From NCBI RefSeq assembly GCF_006345805.1, contig NC_042997.1, forward strand, positions 103,912,001-103,976,000: a DNA stretch of 64,000 bases. Reading direction: 5' to 3'. Below the pieces are notes generated by a model. The model ran no database searches, was not told where the DNA came from, and saw only the letters and a list, made by a program, of their open reading frames with translations. Positions 53,268-64,000 of this stretch are shown piece after piece. The DNA comes from Octopus sinensis (taxonomy: Eukaryota). Position 1 is the stretch's first letter. Each line of letters starts with the position of its first letter. The position numbers were made by a program, and so were the translations under genes.

Positions 53268-53543
53268 TTTATGCACCCTTTTCAAGCCTAGCCAGGCTCA
53301 TGGGCCCGGTTTCCCGGTTTCTATGGCGTATGTGTTCCCCTAGCTGGACGGGACGCCAGTCCATTTCAGCGTTACTCAAGAAGCAGGAAGAAAGAGTGAG
53401 AGAAACTTGGGGCGAAAGAGTACAACATGGGAGCTTTAGGTGTTTTTGCTCAATAAACACACACAACGCCCGGTCTGGGAATTGAAACCATGATCCTCCG
53501 ACCGCGAGTCCGCTGCCCTAACCACTGGGCTATTGCGCCTCCA
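53268..53543 (-). mobile_element. Family B SINE head with an alternative 3' tail
   Basis: Head matches 5777; tail is ATGGACTGGCGTCCCGTCCAG..GAAACCGGGAAACCGGGCCC instead of the GGTCACGGTGA tail. Confidence 0.85.
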
Positions 53544-53624
53544 ATTCCGATGCAACTAAATCTCAATATGCATGATGCTCGTCTTATTCTGGCACTCTTC
53601 AATATTATATAATAATATTATTTG

Positions 53625-53808
53625 AATCTTGTGATAAGAAAATTGCTTCCCAAACACCTGGTTCCACGTTCAGTCCCATTGCGTGGTACTTTGGATAAGT
53701 GTCTCGCACTATTGCTTCGGTACTATCAAAGACTTGTGAGTTGATTTGGTAGACGGAAACTGAAAGAAGCTCGTCGCTCATATGTATATATCTATGTGCG
53801 TGCATGTA

Positions 53809-53839
<31 letters not shown>

Positions 53840-54060
53840 TGTGTTTAAGTGCGTGTATTTGTCCTTCAACACCGCTTTGATAACACGTGTTGGGTTGTTT
53901 ACATCTCCATGAGGTAGCGGTTCAGCAGAAAAGGCCAATAAGATAAATATCAGTTTTTAAAACAATAAAACAATAAGTACTGGGGTTCATTTGTTCGAGT
54001 AAACCCTTCAAGGTTGTGCTCCAGTATGACCACAGTCCAATGACTGACGCAAGTAAAAGG
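53625..54060 (+). mobile_element. Diverged family A SINE
   Basis: GTTCAGTCCCATTGCGTGG, GATTTGGTAGACGGAAACTGAAAGAAGC and the tail are present. Confidence 0.8.
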
Positions 54061-54171
54061 GTTTTAAAATGTATATTTGGGAAGCAACGTGGCCTGGATA
54101 TAGTTTTTTAAGATTTCATGTTCGTGGGTTCCATTCCTAAATCGAATGTCACGTTGTATCCTTGAGTGGAG

Positions 54172-54396
54172 CATATCTCAATCGAAGGAGAAGAGCTTTC
54201 TCCGTCCGGGTTGCGGATCCGTGGAACAAGCTGCCAGACGAGATGGTAAGATGCCGACGACCGCTTTGTTCAAAGCCTCCCTTGACCTCAAGTGGCCTGA
54301 ACTCTTTACATGAACACCACCCTGTACTTAACTCCATGTCCCCCTACATGGCCTTGCAATTTGCTTTTGAGCCAAATTAACTAACTAACTAACTAA
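54172..54396 (+). mobile_element. CR1-like LINE 3' end with (TAAC)n tail, nested in an old SINE
   Basis: LNRRRRAFSVRVADPWNKLPDEMV / FKASLD matches the FS.RV...WN.LP....FK..LD CR1 C-terminus; CATATC on both sides. Confidence 0.8.
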
Positions 54397-54701
54397 CATA
54401 TCATTTAACGTTGCTCAAACCCATTGCTCAATCCCACTGAAAATGAGTTCCAGCTTCTCCAGTGGGCAAAACATTCATGACCCTATTGGTGAAAGACGGA
54501 GTGGTGCATGAGAGAGTATCAATGTCTGTATGAGATCTAAAACAAATAGCGAAAGCGTGGTATATTGCTACCGAGCCATATTCTCTTGCAAGGATGGCGC
54601 CGCCGTATTGTGATGGTTACCCCTAAGTTTAGCATCCTTAATAATTCCATTTATTTCTAACATAAGCATGCCTTATGTTCGCGCGCGCACACACAACATA
54701 T

Positions 54702-54754
<53 letters not shown>

Positions 54755-54794
54755 ATATGTATATGTATATATGTATATGTGTATATGTAAATGT

Positions 54795-55018
54795 GTGTGT
54801 GTATGCCTCTGTGTCTAAGTTTCCCCCACCACCATCGCTTGACAATCGATGTTCGTGTGTCAACGTCCCGTAACGTAGCGGTTTGGCAAAAGTGACCGAT
54901 AGAATAAGTACTAGACTTACAAGGAGTAATTCCTGGGGTCGATTTGTTCGACTAAAGGCGTTGTTCCAGCATGGGCACAGTCAAATGACTGAAACAAATA
55001 AAAGAAAAGACTAAAAGA
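54795..55018 (+). mobile_element. Family A SINE 3' half
   Basis: ACCGATAGAATAAGTACT...GGGGTCGATTTGTTCGACTAAAGGCG...GACTGAAAC. Confidence 0.82.
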
Positions 55019-55020
55019 AT

Positions 55021-55095
<75 letters not shown>

Positions 55096-55157
55096 ATGTA
55101 TGTATGTATGTATGTATGTAGTATGTATGCATGTATGTATGTTTGCATGTATTATAG

Positions 55158-55338
55158 TATAGTATAGGACAATCAGTAAGTTGTCATAAGAGGACTCAGA
55201 ATTTCAAACGCCGGGGCTAAGAGCTACAATGCATTTTCGTTGGCTCTTTGACAATAGACGCTATGTCAAAATAGCCGAACTCCGGTATTTGAAACGCTCG
55301 AGTCTGTTATGACAAATTACTGATTGTCGTATACTATA
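55158..55338. mobile_element. ~180-bp palindromic MITE-like element
   Basis: TATAGTATAGGACAATCAGTAAGTTGTCATAA pairs with TTATGACAAATTACTGATTGTCGTATACTATA; inner stem TTTGACAATAG/CTATGTCAAA. Confidence 0.75.
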
Positions 55339-55340
55339 TA

Positions 55341-55380
<40 letters not shown>

Positions 55381-55469
55381 CTCTATTTACCTAATATAGA
55401 GGTCTCATTCTTTTGTTGTCATTTTATTATTACGATTATTAATATACATACATACATACAGACAGGCAG

Positions 55470-55677
55470 ACACACCGCGAATGTACCGTTGACGATTTTT
55501 TCCCTCCGTCTTCCCTTCCTTTGATCTTTCCTTTTCCTATGTTTCTGACGAAGAGCTCCGCTCGAAACGTTAAATCCTCCTTCTTTCTTTCCTTTCCTGA
55601 GCGTCCAATAACACTATACTTGTTCCACATCCTCGCGTTGTGTTTTCTCTTTGTGTTTTCATGTTTGGATTAACTTT
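55470..55677 (+). mobile_element. PLE pLTR fragment
   Basis: Carries a minimal HHR and the TTCCTGAGCGT motif shared with the 39798 and 51858 fragments; bounded by microsatellites. Confidence 0.7.
55542..55574 (+). ncRNA. Minimal type I hammerhead ribozyme motif
   Basis: TTT-CTGACGA-A-GAGC-TCC-GCTC-GAAA-CG-TT-AAA; palindromic ACGT stem III; weak stem I. Confidence 0.7.
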
Positions 55678-55811
55678 ATATACATACATACACACATACA
55701 CACATACTACATACATACATACATACATACATACATACATACATACATACATACGTACGTACATACATATATACATATACATAAACACACACACACACAC
55801 ATACACACACA

Positions 55812-55850
<39 letters not shown>

Positions 55851-57071
55851 ACATATATATATATATATATGCGAGAAAACATTTACACCTATGTATCTAT
55901 GCGTATTGAAGTACATTGGCACTAATACAAGACTGGTACATAATTTTGTTGTTCTGTAAGGGTAAAAGGCGATGGTGACACCGGTGGGACTTGAACTTAG
56001 AAGAACATAAACCGTTGCAAATAAATAAGCGCAAGGCAATCCGTACAACGTAACATCTCCCTCTCCAATCCTTGCAATTCACATCGCTATAATAATATTG
56101 GCACACGGTAAAAAAAAAAGTATAGCAAGGGAAAGAAAGAGTGCCGAAGGCGGTGTTTGAAAAGATGGCGATGTGAAGGGGGTGGGTGGTGGTTAGAGGA
56201 AAGCAAGTTCACGCTTAATTGCTCCTTAATTAATCGCGTAATCCCAAAGGATTAGAAGGTCAGTTATACACATGATAATATTTTTTGACACGCCGAGTCT
56301 TATCAGCCGGAAACAAAAGTTCGTCAACCAGGATCTGTCAACGAAGTTTCTGACCGATTTCGCGTTCGTCGGATTTTATTATTATTATTATCATTATTTT
56401 ATTATTATTATTATTATTATTATATTATTATTATTATTATTATTACTATTATTATTATTAGTAGTAGTAGTATTGTTATTATCATCATTATTATTGTTGT
56501 TGTTGTTGTTCCTTGTGTTGCTGTTGTTGTTACTGACGCTGTTATTGTTTTCAGACATGAGTATAAGTTATTTGTTATTTTTTTAATATTATATCATTAA
56601 TCTTTTTGTTTTTGTTTTACTCTTCATCTTGTAAAGTTGTAGCGTTTTCATTCACACACAACAGAGTTAAAATCATGCATACACTCACACACACACACAC
56701 ACACAGACATACGTATATTCATAGATGAAATATAAGTGTATACGCATGTATGTATGTATGTGACTGTGTGCGTCTTCGCGACGTTAGTAGATGTATGTGT
56801 ATGTATATATTCAATGTATAAACATGTTTTGTTCATTTTCCTGCTGTTGTCAACCATCCAGTTATAATCAAGATCAATGTACTTTCTCATTTGCTGTCAG
56901 CAAAAGCGAAAAAAGTTCAGGTGCCCCATTGCGACGACAGCAAGTGTATGGAGGGTATGCACAAATTCTCAATATGTTCCTACATTTAGACGTATGCGTG
57001 TCCGTGTGAGTATAAGCACTTTTGTGGACGTTATAGATCTATATGCATATATGCATTCCTTTATATATAGA

Positions 57072-57182
<111 letters not shown>

Positions 57183-57360
57183 ATTATAAATACATATATA
57201 TATATAATATATATATAAATATAATACAAATGTGAGTGTGTGTTTGTGTGTGTATGAGATATTTTTATCTGTATATGTATAAATATATCTATTCATTGTG
57301 TGACTATGTAAGTATACATGCCGGCATTGCATTTGTATAATATATATATATATATATAAT

Positions 57361-57408
<48 letters not shown>

Positions 57409-58124
57409 TATATACATATATATATAATCTTGAACATGTATTGGTATACACCACACACACACACACACATATATATATACAATATATATATTATATATGA
57501 TCTATATATATATATATATGTATGTATTTATATATATACAAATACATGCAGGTATGTATACATCATTATATATTTGGGAATATATATATATGTGTGTGTG
57601 TGTGCATATCTATATACATACATTCATCAGCTCTCACACACACACGCCCATACGCATATGAAAGTGCGTATTTGCGTGTATGTATATATGTGCGTTCGTA
57701 AGGCTCAATGCTTAATTTCAGTATAATATTAGCTTTACGAGTCCGGTAAGAATAAGCGAAGAATGGGTTTGAAACATTTCCTGAGTCTTGTTGGCTTACC
57801 AGATAAGACTAGCTGGATAAATAAATCAGTGACTTAAATGAATGAAAAATAAAAATCATGGAAAGAGAATACACGAAGAGAAATAAATGATAATCAGAAC
57901 GGTGGGGTGCGATGGGTATCATTATTAAACTGTCTTGCAATGGAGTTGTTAATTAACCGAACTAACTGACAGTGAAGGAGGCATTGACAATGCGGAGAGC
58001 AGTGTTGGGGTGGAATGAACGAATGTGTGAGTGTGTATTTTTGCATTTGATTTGTGTGCGTAGATGTGCGTGTATGTGCGTGTATGTGCATGCATGTGTA
58101 CGTGTGTCTATCGGAGAGAGAAAA

Positions 58125-58171
<47 letters not shown>

Positions 58172-58430
58172 TACTGTTTAGACGAAAAGGAGATGCTAGA
58201 GCGTAAGGGAGAGAAAGAGAGGGAGAAAGAAAGAAAGACAGACAGAAAGAAAGAAAGAAAGAAAGAAAAGGAAACAGACTCTATATATTGCCAACTGATT
58301 TGGATGGAGAAAGAAAAAACTCGCATCCTCACTAGCTTTCTGTATACCCGACCTCTCTCACAAACACATACACAGACACACACAATACACACATATATCA
58401 CATATGTATGTATGGATGGATGTAGAGATG

Positions 58431-58573
<143 letters not shown>

Positions 58574-59030
58574 ATATGTGCGTATATGCATTTACGTACA
58601 TTCTAGTGGGAACGAAAATATTAGGTTCAGAACCAGAGCACTATTTATTTGCATGTCATGCTGGAGAGAATCATAAACGACCTATAACCGTATCTTCCAA
58701 GGAAACCAACCAACCAAGCAGAACGACAAGTTTGGCCACGGAAGAAAAATGTCATCAATTTTTTAACGAATCAAAATCAGATCCGCTCGCAGAAAAGTTT
58801 ATAAATATATCTTTCCCTAGAGATACCATTACAAATGAAAGCGGCTGTTTAAAGACGATCTGAGAAACCGTAATTTCATCCCCTTTTTTTACTATTTTCA
58901 TTTTCACAGTTGTTTTTTTCGGTATGGCTTGTCGGCCACCACTGAAATTAATGAACCTTGTACATTCTAACAAATTAATATACAGTTTTAATTTCAAACT
59001 TAAACCTTCTGTCTTGAACATGATATTTTA

Positions 59031-59403
59031 TCAACATTGAAACATTTTAATTTAACAACATTGAAACATTTCAGTTTGTCAACATTGAAAAATTTTGATT
59101 TGTCAACATTGAAACATTTTGATTTGTCAACATTGAAACATTTTGATTTGTCAACATTGAAACATTTTGATTTGTCAACATTGAAACATTTCAGTTTGTC
59201 AACATTGAAACATTTTGATTTATCAACATTGAAACATTTCAGTTTGTCAACATTGAAACAGTTTGATTTGTCAACATTGAAACATTTCAGTTTGTCAACA
59301 TTGAAACATTTCAGTTTGTCAACATAGAAACATTTTGATTTGTCAACATTGAAACATTTCAGTTTGTCAACATTGAAACATTTTGATTTGTCAACATTGA
59401 AAC
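59031..59403. repeat. 24-bp minisatellite, ~15.5 units, two interspersed variants
   Basis: TCAACATTGAAACATT(TTGA|TCAG)TTTG repeated head to tail with no spacers. Confidence 0.95.
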
Positions 59404-59816
59404 TTATAACGATGTTTTTCTAATTTTACACTTTTACCATTGATAAACCAAAAATATTGTTGAAACTAATTTGGTATATATGTAAATAAATATATTTTAA
59501 ACATTTACGAGCTTTTGAAATTTAAGTGCATTTTCAACAAAACATTTTCTTGTATATATATATATATATATCTGCGTGAGTGTGTCTGTGTATGTATCTG
59601 CATATGAGTGTATGTTAGGTCGTATGTGGACGTATGTGGACGTATGTGTACGTGCATGTGTATGCGCGTGTGTGTGCGTGAGTGTGTGCACGTGCGAGTG
59701 CAGGTGTATATATATATATATAATATATATAATATATATATATATATAATGTGCTTGTATGAATGTGTGTGAAGGCGTGATATATATATATTATATATAT
59801 ATATTATTATATATAT

Positions 59817-60092
59817 GGAGGCGCAATGCCCAGTGGTTAGGGCAGCGGACTTGCGGTCGTAGGAGTGTTGTCAGTGTTTATTGAGCGAAAACACCTAAAG
59901 CTCCACGAGTCTCCGGCAGGGTGGTGGTGACGATCCCTGTTGTACTCTTTCGCCACAACTTTCTCTCACTCTTTCTTCTGTCAGCCTGCTCGCTTAGCCA
60001 GCGGAGTGGCGTCATTTGAAGGCTAAAACAATGCGAAGCGCATTGTGACCAGCGATGTGTAGCAACATCTGATAGCCTGGTCGGTCACGGTG

Positions 60093-60093
<1 letters not shown>
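59817..60093 (+). mobile_element. Family B SINE in (TA)n, B box deleted
   Basis: Aligns to 5777-6086 but lacks the GGTTTCGATTCCC segment. Confidence 0.88.
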
Positions 60094-60123
<30 letters not shown>

Positions 60124-60891
60124 TATACATAAATATATATATATATAAATCTATTTATATATTATATATATGTGTGTGTATATATATTTATATATATTAT
60201 ATATACATATAATATATATATATATACATTATATATATATATACATATATAAATTATATACATATATTCACAGACACTCGGATACGCATACACACACACA
60301 TGCGCGCACTCACACGCATATACATATGACAAGAAGTAGATGGAACGAATACGTTTAGTTGAAATTGTAAACATTTGATAACGGGTTGATCCCACTCCAT
60401 ATAACATAAAGATTCGTAGACGCAGAACACGTCCAGACCGTCAGATAGACATACGGTGTCGCAAGCATTCTCCGTACTGAATGCCGTACAAACTGAAACG
60501 AAATAACGTTGTGCCCACTTACACGCACGCACACACACACACACACCACACACACACCACACACACACCACACACAACCATGTCATTTTCTCTGTTCTCT
60601 TTGACAGGAAAAGGAGATTGGCCTGACCGGTTTCGATCACAGTTGGGATTCTTCCTTTTTCTATTCATAGAAAGTTTTAATTTTTTTTTTTTGAAAATGA
60701 AAAAGACACCTGTTTGCGTTTGTCTAATGTATTCCATTGCATATTACTTTGGCGCTTAGTAACTTGTACTGGCTCCACCAGGTATACTTTATATTCTACT
60801 CGTATGCCTGAAAATACGCTTCCGAATGCATCAATTATATACATATATACATACATAATACATACATACACACATACATACATATATACAA

Positions 60892-60934
<43 letters not shown>

Positions 60935-60967
60935 TACATATGCATATTATACATACATATATATGCC

Positions 60968-61013
<46 letters not shown>

Positions 61014-61064
61014 TATATACATACACGCATTCACACGGTATGCATACACACACACACACACACC

Positions 61065-61129
<65 letters not shown>

Positions 61130-61684
61130 GCATTTTAGTGTGTCTTTCTCGTTCAGTGATCATATTTAATACTGTATCTTCGATACACTGTTCTCGATAT
61201 GTGCTTCTAAAATTTTTCTTACAGCATTCATGAGAAGACTTACACCGAAAAGGAATTCAATGAAACAGCATTGCTATTAGAAAGACTTATGCAATCAAGC
61301 AACAGTTTTTGTTACCAGATGTACAGAATGTTCTCTTCATTACATTCCACAATATACACGAGTATGAGAACGCATTTACACAGAAACACATATACACACT
61401 GATCTTATCGCTTATGATATACTCTTAAATCGTAATTTTAAAGTTTGATGAAGCATGATTTGTTAAATGAATTACGTATACATTTGTCATGGGTAACAAC
61501 AAACTATTTTAACGAAATTAAATCTCTTACCTGATGTTAGAAATTTAACGAATTGATGTCAGCGTCGGAATTTTTAAGACTTAAGAATTTTTGGTAATGC
61601 TACAACCGATAATTGATCCGCAGGTTTTCGTAATTCATATCATTTACTAATTACCTTTAAGACATCATTAGACGTACGTTACCT

Positions 61685-61919
61685 GTTTCTTTACTACCCA
61701 CAAGGGGCTAAACATAGAGGGGACAAACAAGGACAGACAAACGGATAAAGTCGATTATATCGACCCCAGCGCGTAACTGATACTTAATTTATCGACCCCG
61801 AAAGGATGAAAGGTAAAGTCGACCTCGGCGGAATTTGAATTCAGAACGTAACGGCAGACGAAATACCGCTAAGCATTTCGCCCTGAGTGCTAACGTTTCT
61901 GCCAGCTCGCCGCCTTCCC
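61685..61919 (-). mobile_element. Full-length family C SINE with perfect 16-bp TSD
   Basis: TAGACGTACGTTACCT at 61669-61684 and 61920-61935. Confidence 0.95.
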
Positions 61920-62838
61920 TAGACGTACGTTACCTCCTAAGAAAAATAAAGCAGTGGTTTTCATTATTTTTCTGCAATGATACATACAAGTTTTGTTGAA
62001 GGGGAAGTTGGAACTGTCTTTACTGGAAACCGAGTAGTTTTAATGTTTAGATGTCTAGCGTTTACAATGATAAATAGAAATAACTATACACCGGAAAAAT
62101 TCCACTCAAAACCATTCATCAATGAAGAGTAATCGTTATCCTTTTTCAGTCAAGAAAGCAGATATCACCAGACAGGTTTATATTTCTGCTTGAGTCACCA
62201 GTAGATGTAGATAATATTGTCATTGTATAATATACATTAACAAACTGAACACTTAGATGTAGTGATATTTGAGCAATTATGAATTTTTAAAACTGATTCA
62301 AAATTCGAAAGAAAATCGGTTAAAGTTATCAATGACGTATTTGTTTGAAATAGAACTTATTGCAATCCGATTACTAACGGTCTTGGACTATTCTAAGAAG
62401 AGCCAGTACGTATCACATTTTCACTTAAAATATACCAGTCGGCTTCACTATGAAGAAACATTAACCTGGGTACCATATTTGTGATAGAAACCTTCGTCAC
62501 AGAGAAATCTAAAAGCCTTTTATTTCATATAACCGAGAAAAACGGTCTCATATCTCAGTGGTAAAGAATATAGCCTACCAAAAAAAGGGGCACTACGTAG
62601 CATTCTTATTACAATTCTGTACATAATCCTCATTTAGACTAGCAAATGTACCATTAAAATAAAACTGAAGATTTAAGATTACAACATTTGCTAAGCATTA
62701 ATTTAATGACAAAATCACGTTTTCAGCTCCCACGCATGCTAGAATGTTGAGAGGAGAATATACATACTATTCTTAGCAGTGAGATTTTTGGTATTCTCCT
62801 TATAATCTGTCGGCTTCTTCTGACCATAATTATTTGGT

Positions 62839-62927
<89 letters not shown>

Positions 62928-63574
62928 ACACACACACACACACAAACAAACAACACACACACACATATACACACACACGCACGCACACATATACATATAT
63001 TGTATATATATGTATATATATATATATAGGTGTATATATATGTAATTATATATATAATATATACATGTACAGGCGTATGCATATATATATATGTATATGT
63101 ATGTATATATATATATATATACATACACACAAACATATAGATGTAATTAAGAAGATTGTTTATAGGTATACATGAGTGCATAGCCAGTAATTACATCAAC
63201 ATTGACGCTTGTAGCCACATGTATATAAATACACATAGATAGGCAAAAAAATCTACGTAGGTAGGTGTGAATATATATACGTATGTATGTATGCATGCAC
63301 ACACACACGCGCGCGTATATACATATGCATATAAGTGTTCATACACATATATATACACAAACTTATATATATGTATGTATATATAAATATACATACTCAC
63401 ATATATGCATGCATGTATATATGTATGTATGTATGTAAGTATATATACTTGTATGTATATAACTCCTATTCCTAATTTCTAATTCAGTAAAACATTACAT
63501 ATGTGTATAAAACATTATAAAATGTTATTTGTGAAAAGTTAGAGATATATATTATAGTCAGTCATAGTGATGAT

Positions 63575-63581
63575 GGTGGTA

Positions 63582-63623
<42 letters not shown>

Positions 63624-63916
63624 AAGAAGAAGAAGAAGTAGAAGAAGTAGAAGGAGAAGGAGAATAATAATAATATTAATAATAATGATGATGACAATAA
63701 TAATAATAATGATATAAATAATATAATAATAATAATAATAATAATAATATAATAATAATATAATAATAATAAGAATAAGAAGAAGAAGAAGAAGAAAAGA
63801 AGAAGAAGAGAAGAAGAAGACGAAGAAGAAGAAGAAGAGAAGAAGAAGAAGAAGAAGAAGAAGAAGAAGAAGAAGAAGAAGAAAAAGAAAAAGAATAAGA
63901 AGAATAATAAGAAGAA
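63575..63916. repeat. (AAT)n/(AAG)n compound microsatellite
   Basis: Read directly. Confidence 0.95.
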
Positions 63917-64000
63917 AGTCTTATTCCACAAGCTGTTGAAAGAGCTGATGCCTTCATCTTTTATCTCTAACACCACTTTCCTGTCTACAGTCATACTTTT

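Noticed and set aside
59031-59403. Possible CRISPR array
   Set aside because: Units are contiguous with no unique spacers, no cas genes, eukaryotic context

Overview
AT-rich eukaryotic, repeat-dominated DNA with no recognisable host protein-coding gene; most likely a large intron or intergenic region of an animal genome. The tRNA-derived SINE families and extreme (TA)n/(CA)n/(AAT)n density point to an octopus/coleoid cephalopod, which is an inference. Almost all ORFs in the supplied track are microsatellite translations. Real coding remnants are all transposon-derived: a near-complete DD34D mariner, DD41D- and maT-like Tc1/mariner relics, a Dong/R4-type RLE LINE 3' end in (AAT)n, HERO-like and CR1-like 3' ends, and several Penelope-like element (PLE) RT, GIY-YIG and N-terminal fragments. 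The most notable signal is a set of non-coding, (TA)n-embedded elements carrying type I hammerhead ribozyme (HHR) motifs. Two of them form long fold-back palindromes (19513-20018 and 49295-49738). The second also has a 482-bp unit plus a partial tandem repeat whose 5' end lies about 8 nt downstream of the predicted HHR cleavage site, a retrozyme/PLE-like architecture. Five different HHR-like motifs cluster within 48.5-52 kb. All folds and alignments were done by eye and coordinates may be off by a few bases.
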